The notes beneath the pieces were generated by a model. It saw nothing but the letters and a program-made list of their open reading frames with translations, searched no databases and was not told where the DNA came from. DNA of 64,000 nt, taken from assembly GCA_965242925.1 (NCBI GenBank), contig CBDEUM010000029.1, positions 384,001 through 448,000 of the forward strand, written 5' to 3'. Made by a program: the position numbers and the translations under genes. This DNA comes from Roseibacillus sp. GTDB lineage: Bacteria; Verrucomicrobiota; Verrucomicrobiia; Verrucomicrobiales; Akkermansiaceae. Below are positions 29,100 to 38,338 of this stretch, piece by piece (position 1 is the first letter of the stretch; each line of letters opens with the position of its first letter).

Positions 29100-29906
29100 T
29101 TACCCATGGGCCTTGGCGGCCTCGATGAGGGGCCTGGTGAAGGCCCCTACTTTATCCGCTACATCGGGAGCGTCGGCATTGAGTTCGACCTGCTTGACGA
29201 TGGCGGAACCCACCACGATGCCGTCCGAGACGGAGGCCACGAGGGCGGCCTGCTCGGGTGTGGCAATCCCGAATCCCACACAGACAGGGAGGTCGGTGTG
29301 CCGCCTTATTGCCGACACGTGGTCGCCGATCTGTGCGGAAGGTCCTCCATGGGAGCCGGTCACCCCGGTTCGGGAGAGGGCGTAGATGAACCCCTCCGCA
29401 TGGCGGGTGAGAAGGTCGATGCGGCCGGGAGGAGTGGTGGGAGCAATGAGGCGGATCTGCCGCAGGCCCGCATGGTTGGCCATCTCGCAATTCAGGGCCG
29501 CTTCATCAGGGGGGAGATCGAGAAGGAGGATGCCGTCTGCTCCGGCCTCGGCGGCATCGTGGTGGTAGGCGTCGTAGCCGTAGGTGTAGACGGGGTTGAG
29601 ATAGGTGAAGAGAACGATGGGGATCTGGTGGGATTTGCGGAAGCGGCGGATGAGTTCGAAAACCCCTTTGCTGTCACAGCCGGCCGCAAGGGATCGGGCA
29701 GCCGCAGCCTGGTTGACGATGCCGTCGGCGAGGGGATCGGAAAAGGGAACGCCCAGTTCGATGATATCCGCTCCCGCTTCCGCGAGTGCGATCAGGATCT
29801 CCAGGGAACGCCCAAGGTCGGGGTCGCCCGCACTCACATAAGCCACGAAGGCCTTCTCGCCGGTGGCCCGGAGATTCTCGAAGGTGGCGTCTATGCGGTT
29901 GCTCAT
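29100..29906 (-). CDS. trpA: Tryptophan synthase alpha chain
   Basis: IELGVPFSDPLADG, LIAPTT, SRTGVTG, VGFGI, DGIVVGSAIV. Confidence 0.96.
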   Translation of the reverse strand: MSNRIDATFENLRATGEKAFVAYVSAGDPDLGRSLEILIALAEAGADIIELGVPFSDPLADGIVNQAAAARSLAAGCDSKGVFELIRRFRKSHQIPIVLFTYLNPVYTYGYDAYHHDAAEAGADGILLLDLPPDEAALNCEMANHAGLRQIRLIAPTTPPGRIDLLTRHAEGFIYALSRTGVTGSHGGPSAQIGDHVSAIRRHTDLPVCVGFGIATPEQAALVASVSDGIVVGSAIVKQVELNADAPDVADKVGAFTRPLIEAAKAHG

Positions 29907-29991
29907 GCCGCCAGAGGGATAGGGGAGAGCGGGCCCGGTGGGAAGGACGATTGGTGGACAAGGAGAGATCTTCGTGGTTCAGTCACCCGCC

Positions 29992-30357
29992 ATGCGTGCG
30001 CGTCTGACCAAGGACTTTCGTTTTGAAGCGGCCCATACCCTCCCCAGCCTGCCGGAAGGGCACAAGTGCCGATGCATGCACGGTCATAGCTTCAGGGTGG
30101 AGATTTCGATTGAGGGCGAAGTGGATGAGAAGATCGGCTGGGTTTATGACCACAAGCGGATCAGCGACGCCGTGGCACCTCTTCTGGCAGATCTCGATCA
30201 CGGTTACCTCAATGACATCGAGGGGTTGGAGAGTCCGACCATCGAGCACCTGGCCGCCTGGTTCTGGCGGAAGCTGGAAGCCGGTCTTCCGGGACTCTGT
30301 GAGGTCGTGATCTACGAAACCCCAACCGCGCGCTGTGTCTTTCGCGGTGAGTTTTGA
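29992..30357 (+). CDS. queD: 6-carboxytetrahydropterin synthase
   Basis: FEAAHTLP, CxxxHGHS (CRCMHGHSF), LDHGYLNDI, PTIEHLA, VIYETP. Confidence 0.92.
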   Translation: MRARLTKDFRFEAAHTLPSLPEGHKCRCMHGHSFRVEISIEGEVDEKIGWVYDHKRISDAVAPLLADLDHGYLNDIEGLESPTIEHLAAWFWRKLEAGLPGLCEVVIYETPTARCVFRGEF

Positions 30358-30395
30358 CTGGTGTTTGGGCGGGGAGAGGTTACCTAGCCTGCGAC

Positions 30396-30614
30396 ATGAA
30401 ACGCCTGAGTCTTCTGGTTGCCGTTTTTGCCTTCCTCCTGGGCTCCTGTGAGCGTCATAATTGGGAGGATGTGGATGAGAATGGGGACGGCAGGATCGAC
30501 CAGAACGAAAAGGGCACCAAGCGTCTTTACAAGGAGCACAAGGAAGACGAAGGGGAGCACAAGGAAGACAAGGAAGACGAAGGGGAGCACAAGGAAGACG
30601 AAGAGGAGGGCTAG
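30396..30614 (+). CDS. Small lipoprotein with an EF-hand-like loop and an acidic His-containing repeat tail
   Basis: Lipobox LLGSC; DENGDGRIDQNE; EHKED repeats. Confidence 0.65.
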   Translation: MKRLSLLVAVFAFLLGSCERHNWEDVDENGDGRIDQNEKGTKRLYKEHKEDEGEHKEDKEDEGEHKEDEEEG

Positions 30615-31270
30615 GAAGGTCTCCGCTTCCTCCGGTAGGAGAGGAAGCACTCGCCGTTGTCGAGGGGCTCGAAGTGAGTGAGCTCGAATTCAAGGGAGGC
30701 GGGCAGATGGTCTCCCAGAGGGCCGGTGATGGTGGGAGCCTCCGCTCCGCCCAAGAGGGTGTGGCCCGCCCAGGTAAGATGAATCTCATCGAGGGCATCG
30801 AGCTCGGCAAGGGTCCGTACCAGGGTCCCGCCGCCTTCGCAGAGGAGGGTCCTGACCTGATGCCCGGTGGCCAGGATGTGGAGGAACTCCTGAATCGAGC
30901 AACGGTGTACGGTCGCGCCGACAGCCTCATAGAGGCCCGGGTCGTAGTCCTCCGGGGCCGTTGTGGCGAGCAGGTGAATGGCACCACCCGCGCTATGAAA
31001 GACCTTGTGTCCGAGGTCGAATTTCCCCGCGTGCGAGGCGATGCACCGCAACGGCTGGCGGGGCGGCTTGAGTTCGGGCGGGATGGTCATCGACATGTTG
31101 TCCGCTTCCAAGGTGCCCCGTCCCACCATGAGGGCGTCCGCCCGCCCGCGGATTTCCAACAGGCGCTGGAGATCACGTGGGGAAGTGAACTGCGCCGGGT
31201 CCTTGTTCACGGTGGAAATCTTGCCATCGGCAGTGATGGCGAAGTTGATCAGAACGGTTGGACGGGTCAT
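30611..31270 (-). CDS. RibD C-terminal-type reductase (stand-alone pyrimidine reductase/DHFR-like domain)
   Basis: AITADGKI, ADALMVGRGTLEADN, LLCEGGGTL, LDEIHL. Confidence 0.85.
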   Translation of the reverse strand: MTRPTVLINFAITADGKISTVNKDPAQFTSPRDLQRLLEIRGRADALMVGRGTLEADNMSMTIPPELKPPRQPLRCIASHAGKFDLGHKVFHSAGGAIHLLATTAPEDYDPGLYEAVGATVHRCSIQEFLHILATGHQVRTLLCEGGGTLVRTLAELDALDEIHLTWAGHTLLGGAEAPTITGPLGDHLPASLEFELTHFEPLDNGECFLSYRRKRRPS

Positions 31271-31386
31271 GCCGCTTTTTCGTGGGACGTGAGAATGACG
31301 CGAATGGCGGCGGGGCAAGAGCGGATATTGTAATAATTGCAGGTTGAAAACAGGGAAATAGATTGTACGCTGTTCCACCTGAAGCC

Positions 31387-31767
31387 ATGACCGAGCCCCA
31401 AGCCACCTCCCCTCACCCTCAAATAGCCTGTTTTCTCAAGACCTATTGCGGTTGGAGTGAAGGCGTGCGCGCCATCATGCGCAAGTATGAACTGGACTAC
31501 GAGGAGAAGGATATCATTGCAAACCCGGCCTTCCGCTGGGAGATGGAGCAGAAGAGCGGTCAGCCGCTCTCGCCCTGCGTGGAAATCAACGGGGAAATGT
31601 TGCCGGACGTGAGCGGGGAGGAAGTGGAGGCATGGATGATTGAAAGGGGACTTGTCAGGGCCAGTGAGGTTGAGCCCGACGCGCCGATTGACTCGTCCTG
31701 TTCCCCCGAGGAACACGAGGCCCGGGCGCAGGAAGATGCCGCCGGGAAGGTTGTCTTCGTGGATTAG
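31387..31767 (+). CDS. Monothiol glutaredoxin-like protein
   Basis: CGWS active-site-like motif, SGQPLSPCVEING. Confidence 0.75.
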   Translation: MTEPQATSPHPQIACFLKTYCGWSEGVRAIMRKYELDYEEKDIIANPAFRWEMEQKSGQPLSPCVEINGEMLPDVSGEEVEAWMIERGLVRASEVEPDAPIDSSCSPEEHEARAQEDAAGKVVFVD

Positions 31768-31782
31768 GAAGTGCCTCTGAGG

Positions 31783-32844
31783 TTAACCGCGCCGTTTCCG
31801 GACGGCTTGGGCGAATCCTTCCAGCACCTCCTCGGTGGCCTGCCACGAGATACAGGCGTCCGTGACGGATTGGCCGTAAACCAGTGCTCCGGGGTCGTCG
31901 CCGAGCTTCTGGTTGCCCTCCACCAGGTTGGATTCAACCATGACCGCTGCGATGGCGCTGCATCCGGTTGCGATTTGCGCACAGAGATCGTGGGCCACTT
32001 CGGGTTGTTTCCGGTAGTCCTTGCAGGAATTTCCATGGGAGCAGTCGACCATCAGGTAGGGAGCGAGCCCGGCTTCGCCGAGGTGGCCCTCCACCCGGGC
32101 GATGCTTTCAGCGTCGTGATTCGGTCCGTCGGTTCCACCGCGCAGGATGATGTGGCAGGCCCTGTTGCCGGCGGTGGTCACGATGGCGGAGACACCCTGC
32201 TTGGTGACCGAAAGGAAATGGTGGCCTTCGCGGGCTGCGCCGATGGCATCCAGTGCTATCTGGTTCGATCCCCCGGTCCCGTTCTTGAAGCCCACCGGCA
32301 TCGACAGACCGGAAGCGAGCTCGCGGTGGATCTGTGATTCGGTGGTGCGTGCCCCGATGGCCGCCCAGGCGATCAGGTCGGCGATGTACTGCGGCGAGAT
32401 GGTGTCGAGAAACTCCGTTCCGGCCGGAACGCCGAGGGCGGCCAGCTCGAGGAGGAGTTCGCGCGCAATGCGCAGTCCCCGGTTGATGTCGAAGGAGTTG
32501 TCGAGGTGAGGATCGTTGATGAGCCCCTTCCAGCCCACCGTGGTGCGGGGTTTTTCGAAGTAGACCCGCATGACGATCTGCAGATCGTCGCCGAAGCGGT
32601 CAATCAGGGGCTTGAGCCGCGAACCGTATTCCAGGGCGGCGGAGGGATCGTGAATGGAACAGGGGCCAATTACGACCAGGAGGCGGTCGTCCTTGCCCTC
32701 GAGGATGGCTTCCGCCTGCAGGCGTGCGTTGCAGACAAGCTCAGTGGCCCCGCTGGTGATGGGGAGATAATAGGAGAGAACCGCCGGAGAGATGAGCGGA
32801 TCAATCCCGGCGATGCGGAGGTCATCGGTTTTGTGGGGCGGCAC
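31783..32844 (-). CDS. aroG: DAHP synthase, class I-alpha (AroG/F/H type)
   Basis: GPCSIHD, MRVYFEKPRTTVGWKGLINDP, IGARTTESQIHRELASGLS, DCSHGNS, GQSVTDAC. Isozyme not resolvable; start inferred at GTG 32844. Confidence 0.9.
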   Translation of the reverse strand: MPPHKTDDLRIAGIDPLISPAVLSYYLPITSGATELVCNARLQAEAILEGKDDRLLVVIGPCSIHDPSAALEYGSRLKPLIDRFGDDLQIVMRVYFEKPRTTVGWKGLINDPHLDNSFDINRGLRIARELLLELAALGVPAGTEFLDTISPQYIADLIAWAAIGARTTESQIHRELASGLSMPVGFKNGTGGSNQIALDAIGAAREGHHFLSVTKQGVSAIVTTAGNRACHIILRGGTDGPNHDAESIARVEGHLGEAGLAPYLMVDCSHGNSCKDYRKQPEVAHDLCAQIATGCSAIAAVMVESNLVEGNQKLGDDPGALVYGQSVTDACISWQATEEVLEGFAQAVRKRRG

Positions 32845-32970
32845 GGGGAGGAAGTTGGTGGCGCGGTTGTTGTGATGCAAGGGTATTTGCACCCCGTGGG
32901 GAGGTGATGGGGAAGGGCTTCGCGGGGATTTAGGTTTCAGAATCCGGCATTTGGAATCTACCTTCCATCC

Positions 32971-34095
32971 ATGAGTCAGCATGTGCAGCCCACGAAGGTG
33001 CCGCAGGAACGGGATTTCACAGGCGGGATGATTCCGCCGGCCTCCTGCTCCTTTGTCGGATCAACGGGAGAGAAGGAATTGGATGATCGCATCATGAATC
33101 TCGCGCAAGGCACGCCCGAGGTGCCCAATCATTGCCTGTTGGAGGAGATGATGATCACGGCGGTGCGGATCGCCCGTGGCGGAGCGGTGACCGAGGGGGA
33201 CTTCAAGCTCATGAATCGGGCCCTCAAGGAAATGCGGGAGGCCAGCGAGGTGTTTCATCCTTACCGCAATCATCGCAAGATAGCCGTCTTCGGATCCGCG
33301 CGGACACGGCCGGACGAACCGGCCTACCAGACCGCGGCGGAGTTTTCGCGCCGCATGCGGGAGGAGGGCTTCATGACCATCACGGGCGCTGGGCCGGGCA
33401 TCATGGCGGCGGGCAACGAGGGGGCGGGGCGGGAGGACAGTTTCGGGCTGGATATCTCACTGCCCTTCGAAGCCTCTGCCAACGAGTTCATTGCGGGAGA
33501 TCCCAAGCTGGTCAAATTCAACTACTTCTTCACCCGGAAGTTGTCCTTCGTGAAGGAGGCTGATGCCGCAGTCGGTCTGCCGGGGGGGTTCGGGACAATG
33601 GACGAGATTTTTGAGGCCCTCACCCTGATTCAGACCGGGAAGGCTTCCATCTATCCGATTGTCCTTCTCGATGGGAAGGGAGGAACCTACTGGAAGTTCT
33701 GGAAGCAGTTCGTCGATGAGCATCTGGCCCGGCTGGGAATGATCTCGGAAAATGACTTCCATCTTTTCCGGGTGACCGATGACGTGGAGGAAGCAGTGGA
33801 GGAGATCGTCGGTTTCTACCGGATCTTCCATTCCTACCGTTATGTTGGCGACAAGATCGTGTTGCGTCTCAATGCCCCTCTTACCGAGGATTCCCTTGCC
33901 ACGATCGAGGAGGAATTTGCCGACGTTGTGAAGGCGGGCAGGATGATCCAGCAGAAGGCCCTGGAGGAGGAGAATGACGAAGAGGAATTGTCGGAGTTGG
34001 TTCGTCTGGTCTTTCGTCATCGGCGACGGGATTTCGGTCGGTTACGGCAATTGATTGATGCCGTGAATACCAGTGAGGTTGTAGTACAGAAGTGA
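32971..34095 (+). CDS. LOG-family (nucleotide 5'-monophosphate nucleosidase-like) protein, long form
   Basis: VFGSART, ITGAGPGIM, YFFTRK, PGGFGTMDE. Confidence 0.9.
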   Translation: MSQHVQPTKVPQERDFTGGMIPPASCSFVGSTGEKELDDRIMNLAQGTPEVPNHCLLEEMMITAVRIARGGAVTEGDFKLMNRALKEMREASEVFHPYRNHRKIAVFGSARTRPDEPAYQTAAEFSRRMREEGFMTITGAGPGIMAAGNEGAGREDSFGLDISLPFEASANEFIAGDPKLVKFNYFFTRKLSFVKEADAAVGLPGGFGTMDEIFEALTLIQTGKASIYPIVLLDGKGGTYWKFWKQFVDEHLARLGMISENDFHLFRVTDDVEEAVEEIVGFYRIFHSYRYVGDKIVLRLNAPLTEDSLATIEEEFADVVKAGRMIQQKALEEENDEEELSELVRLVFRHRRRDFGRLRQLIDAVNTSEVVVQK

Positions 34096-34102
34096 GGAGA
34101 TC

Positions 34103-34876
34103 GTGATGGCAGCGAGGGAACGAGCCGATTTTCTGCTGGTTGCGCGGGGACTTTGTGATTCGCGGGAGCAGGCCAAGCGCTTCATCATGGCAGGCGAGGT
34201 CATGTGCGGGACTGAGCGGGTTGCCAAGCCCTCCACCAGGGTGCCCCTGGACGCTGATTTGACTGTCCTGCGTCGTCCGAGATACGTCGGTCGGGGAGGG
34301 CTCAAGATGGAGGGTGCGCTGAAGGGGTTTGCAATCGATCCGGCAGGTTGGGTTTGTCTGGACCTGGGCGCTTCGACCGGAGGATTTACGGATTGTCTCC
34401 TGCAGCACGGTGCGGAGCGGGTGCACGCGGTGGATGTAGGCACAAATCAACTGGCGTGGAAATTGCGGCAGGATTCGCGGGTGGTGGTGAAGGAGCAGTT
34501 CAATGCCCGCCATCTGGTGGAGTCTGATGTGGGCGAGCGGGTTGACCTGGTGGTAATGGACCTCTCCTTTATTTCCCTGACCAAGGTTTTGCCGGCGGCT
34601 GTTGGGGTGCTGAAGCCGGAAGGGATCGTGATCTGTCTGATAAAGCCGCAATTCGAACTCTCCAGAGCGGAAGTGGGGAAGGGGGGGATCGTGCGCGACC
34701 CGGAATTGCGGGCCAAGGCGGTGGACGGTGTCCGTGAATTCGTCACCCGGGAATTACAGTGTTCCTGGGCGGGGCTCATTGAGTCACCAATTACCGGAAT
34801 GGACGGGAACGTCGAGTTCCTGGCCAGACTGCAACTGAGTGATCCCCGCTCCGACCATGCACCGGATCGGCAATAG
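34103..34876 (+). CDS. tlyA: TlyA-family rRNA 2'-O-methyltransferase
   Basis: S4 domain, YVGRGGLKM, LDLGASTGGFTDCLLQ, DLSFISL, LIKPQFE. Confidence 0.95.
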   Translation: MMAARERADFLLVARGLCDSREQAKRFIMAGEVMCGTERVAKPSTRVPLDADLTVLRRPRYVGRGGLKMEGALKGFAIDPAGWVCLDLGASTGGFTDCLLQHGAERVHAVDVGTNQLAWKLRQDSRVVVKEQFNARHLVESDVGERVDLVVMDLSFISLTKVLPAAVGVLKPEGIVICLIKPQFELSRAEVGKGGIVRDPELRAKAVDGVREFVTRELQCSWAGLIESPITGMDGNVEFLARLQLSDPRSDHAPDRQ

Positions 34877-34897
34877 AAGCATTCGACAGGACTCTGC

Positions 34898-36166
34898 TTA
34901 TTGCAGGCGGCTCTTGGCCGCCCAGAGTCCCAGGGCGGGATTGCCGATAAAGTAGAACCGTTGTCCGTCTGCGTCGGTGTGCCATCCATCACTGCGTCCG
35001 TCGGGCCGGTAGCGGGTCATCATTTCGTCGAGGTCGGCATATTGGTAGCCCACGTCCTCGATCTGCTGCCGGGTGAGGTGGCCGGGGCAGTAGGTGACCG
35101 TGAATCGTCCCTCCGGGGAGCCATGGATAAGGTGGGCCGCCGCTCCGAGATTGTCGCGCAGGTCATCGTTCTCCTCCACGAGGCGAATCACCTCGGCGGT
35201 GGAGCGGTAGCCATACTTGCGGATCATCCGATCGATCTCGGGATCCTCACCGAAGGTTCGCACGCCGGGGGCGAGGACAATGAGTTCGCCGCCGTCAGCG
35301 ATGGCCATGCGGGTGCGATAGATGCCCTTGTTGCCGATCCAGGTGCTGTGGAATTCGTCGGGATCCATGAGGACCACCACCCTGTCGAGTTCCTCGTCGA
35401 GGTGGTTGAAATTGACCTCCACGGCGAGTTCTGCGGCCTTCTCGAAGGCCTCGCGGTCTCCCACGAAGAGCCCGCGGGTGACAAGATTCCCGTCGGCGTC
35501 GGCCCCGATCACGGTCTGGGCGTAGATGATGGGGAGATGCCCACAGAAGGTATCCTCGGCGTAATTGAGGATCCTGCGGAGGCAGGTGTCGGTTCGCCCC
35601 ATCATGCGTTCCGTTCCATAGATCGACCCGATGTAGTGGCTCTCGTTGATACCGGCTTCCCCTCCCGTTCCAACGAAGAGGTTCTTGTTCCCGTTGGCAA
35701 CGCCGATCACCTCGTGAGGCACGGCCTGACCGATGGAGAGGATGAGGTCGTGGCCTCCTTCCCAGACGAGTTTGTTGAGCTGCGCCGGCCACGGACGCGT
35801 CCATACTCCCTCGGTGACCTCGGAAACAAATTCGGCGGGCACCTCCCCGATGGTGACCACGTCCTCGCGCCAGCGATGGGGCCGGATACGGTCGCGCGGG
35901 ATAGTGGGATACATTCGGTCGAGTTGCTCGTCGCTCATGGGGAAGTGGGTTCCCAGAGCGGGGAGCACGTCGACCAGCCGGTTGCCGTAGTGGTCCGCTG
36001 CTGCGCAGGCGAGGGGACCGGACTTGCTGTAGAAACGTGAGAAGTCGGGAGGAACGAGCAGGACCTTGTTCCGTCGGCCCAGGGTGGCGAGGGCGGATGT
36101 GAGGCCGGTGGCCAGATCCTCGTCGCTGAGGACGGTGGTGGGAGAACCATGGGAGAAGAGAAGCAC
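34898..36166 (-). CDS. LarA (lactate racemase) superfamily protein, possibly a sugar-acid epimerase
   Basis: PPDFSR, ALGTHFPM, PHEVIGVANGNKNLFVGTGG, AIADGGELIVLAPG. Confidence 0.78.
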   Translation of the reverse strand: MLLFSHGSPTTVLSDEDLATGLTSALATLGRRNKVLLVPPDFSRFYSKSGPLACAAADHYGNRLVDVLPALGTHFPMSDEQLDRMYPTIPRDRIRPHRWREDVVTIGEVPAEFVSEVTEGVWTRPWPAQLNKLVWEGGHDLILSIGQAVPHEVIGVANGNKNLFVGTGGEAGINESHYIGSIYGTERMMGRTDTCLRRILNYAEDTFCGHLPIIYAQTVIGADADGNLVTRGLFVGDREAFEKAAELAVEVNFNHLDEELDRVVVLMDPDEFHSTWIGNKGIYRTRMAIADGGELIVLAPGVRTFGEDPEIDRMIRKYGYRSTAEVIRLVEENDDLRDNLGAAAHLIHGSPEGRFTVTYCPGHLTRQQIEDVGYQYADLDEMMTRYRPDGRSDGWHTDADGQRFYFIGNPALGLWAAKSRLQ

Positions 36167-36227
36167 GTGGCTTTTTAACTCCGGAACCGCTCAAAATCGA
36201 GCGATTCGATCGATTCCGGGAGCGAGT

Positions 36228-36245
36228 TTGTGAAAAATTTCACAA
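36228..36245. promoter_or_regulatory. Operator palindrome TTGTGAA-AAAT-TTCACAA (Rex box; also fits CRP TGTGA-N6-TCACA)
   Basis: Perfect 7-4-7 inverted repeat between the divergent larA-like and nuoB genes. Confidence 0.7.
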
Positions 36246-36266
36246 GCTGATCTTGAGTAGGGCGGA

Positions 36267-36830
36267 ATGAGGGTTATTCTTTCCCTGTTGAGCGTAGAAA
36301 CTGCCGATACGACGCTTTCGCATGCCGCCTATGACTCCAAGGTCGAAGGCAACATCATCTTCACGCGTCTGGATTCCGCCATCAACTGGATGCGCAAGAA
36401 CTCCCTCTGGCCCATGCCGATGGGGCTGGCCTGCTGCGCGATCGAATTGATGGCTACCGGGTCATCCCGCTTCGATATTTCCCGATTCGGGGCGGAGGTC
36501 ATGCGGTTCTCCCCCCGTCAGGCCGATGTCATGATTGTTGCCGGCACGGTGACCTACAAGATGGCTCTGGCGGTGCGCCGCATCTGGGAACAGATGCCGG
36601 AACCGAAGTGGTGTATTGCGATGGGGGCCTGTGCCTCCAGTGGCGGAATGTATCGAAGCTACGCTGTTCTTCAGGGAATCGACAGGCTCTTGCCCGTCGA
36701 CGTTTACATTTCCGGTTGCCCGCCCCGTCCCGAAGCTCTTCTGGAGGGATTGATGAAACTGCAGCGGATCATCGAGGGCGAGAAGCCGATCGAAGACCAG
36801 ATTGCCGAGATCCGGCAAGCACAGGTATGA
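36267..36830 (+). CDS. nuoB: NADH-quinone oxidoreductase subunit B
   Basis: [32 protein letters not shown]. The true start may be TTG at 36288. Confidence 0.96.
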   Translation: MRVILSLLSVETADTTLSHAAYDSKVEGNIIFTRLDSAINWMRKNSLWPMPMGLACCAIELMATGSSRFDISRFGAEVMRFSPRQADVMIVAGTVTYKMALAVRRIWEQMPEPKWCIAMGACASSGGMYRSYAVLQGIDRLLPVDVYISGCPPRPEALLEGLMKLQRIIEGEKPIEDQIAEIRQAQV

Positions 36831-37396
36831 GTAGCGACGCGGATGCCAGCAAGCTGCGCAAGGAGTTCGGGCGAACCAAGGTGCGGGCGATGCGCGAGTT
36901 CCGTGGTGAGCACACCGTGGTGGTAAAGCTTGAGGCCCTGAAGGAGATCCTGGTGTATTGCCACCAGGACCTCGGGTATGACTTTCTCCTCGACGTGAGT
37001 AGTGTGGACAACATGGGCGAGGATCCGCGTTTCGAGATTGTATACGAACTCGCTACGATCGATGACCGCAAGCACCTGAGGGTGAAGGCCCCGGTGGCCG
37101 AGGACGAGGAAGTGCCGACCGCGGTCGATCTCTGGAAGACCGCCAACTGGCACGAGCGCGAAGTCTATGACATGATGGGACTTCGCTTCACGGGACATCC
37201 CAACCTGAAGCGTATCCTGATGTGGGAAGGCTACCCCTACCATCCCCTGCGCAAGGAGTTTCCCCTTGCGGGCAAGCCCAGTGAGATGCCCGACGTGGCC
37301 TTCAGCGGCGTGGCCCCTCTTGAGGGTGGTCCTTTCGTGACCAGCGCCGGAACGGATCGGGTTGGAGGGGAACCCCGGGCCAAGGGGGAGAGTTGA
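36827..37396 (+). CDS. nuoC: NADH-quinone oxidoreductase subunit C
   Basis: [37 protein letters not shown] overlap with nuoB. Confidence 0.95.
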   Translation: MSSDADASKLRKEFGRTKVRAMREFRGEHTVVVKLEALKEILVYCHQDLGYDFLLDVSSVDNMGEDPRFEIVYELATIDDRKHLRVKAPVAEDEEVPTAVDLWKTANWHEREVYDMMGLRFTGHPNLKRILMWEGYPYHPLRKEFPLAGKPSEMPDVAFSGVAPLEGGPFVTSAGTDRVGGEPRAKGES

Positions 37397-37517
37397 ACTG
37401 ATTGTCCCGGCAACCCGGGCTTGAGAGTGGCGCTTCTTATTCCGGCGTGCGATTATTGAGCGGGTTGCGCCTCGCAATACCCGAAACCATCGCCCCCATG
37501 GTGGGCGCTTTCTGTTC

Positions 37518-38297
37518 ATGAGACGCCCTTCCTTCCTCCCGCGGATCAGCCTGCATCGGCCGGGGTTTGATATCCTGACCCTTCTCTGCCTGGTCCTGCT
37601 GGTGGTTCATGTGGTGGTGGTGGTGGGTGGCGAGGTGGTGGGTGGCGGAGTGAAGGGCCTGGTGGCCGCGGGCTTTTATGAGACCATTGGTCTGAGCCGC
37701 CCGGGAGTGCTGGCTGGAAAAGGGTGGCAATTCCTCACCTACCCTTTCTTTCACGGAGACTGGCCGCACCTGCTTTTGAACTGGATGGTAATCTACATGA
37801 TAGGCGGTCGCGTGCTGCACATCCTGGGAGCGCGGGCATTCACCAGGATCTTTTTGGGAGGGGCCTTGGGCGGCGGGCTCCTGCACGTTCTCCTTTTCCC
37901 GAGCTATCCACTGGGAGAGGGTATTACCCCGCCTCACCTGCCCCTGGTAGGAGCCTCCGGAGGGATGATGGCACTCCTCATCGTCCTCGTCAGTCTCTCG
38001 CCGGATTCGCGGATGTGGCCTCTCATGGTCTCGGGCAGGAACCTCGGACGCGGGCTCATGTTCTCCACCCTCATTCTGTTCCTGCTCACTCCCGGACTGA
38101 AGATCCCCGTTCTGGAAGCGGCGGGACAATGGCTGGCGAGCAACGGGGAAATGGGTCCCCTCTTCCGGGTGAGCCACATTTGCCACTTCGGGGGTGGCTT
38201 GGTGGGAATGCTCTACGCGCGCCGTCTGCTGCGCAAGCCGGTCAGCCTGGAAGACCTTCGGCGGGATCGGAAACGGCGGGAAGGAGTTGGAGCCTGA
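37518..38297 (+). CDS. Rhomboid-family intramembrane serine protease
   Basis: WQFLTYPFFH, HLLLN, GASGG, SHICHFGG. Confidence 0.9.
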   Translation: MRRPSFLPRISLHRPGFDILTLLCLVLLVVHVVVVVGGEVVGGGVKGLVAAGFYETIGLSRPGVLAGKGWQFLTYPFFHGDWPHLLLNWMVIYMIGGRVLHILGARAFTRIFLGGALGGGLLHVLLFPSYPLGEGITPPHLPLVGASGGMMALLIVLVSLSPDSRMWPLMVSGRNLGRGLMFSTLILFLLTPGLKIPVLEAAGQWLASNGEMGPLFRVSHICHFGGGLVGMLYARRLLRKPVSLEDLRRDRKRREGVGA

Positions 38298-38338
38298 CCC
38301 TGACCTGAAGGACGATTCATCGGGCAAGCCCGACGGCT

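Noticed and set aside
29100..29906. trpA separated from the other trp genes
   Set aside because: Dispersed trp genes are common outside enterobacteria and Firmicutes, so this is not informative on its own.
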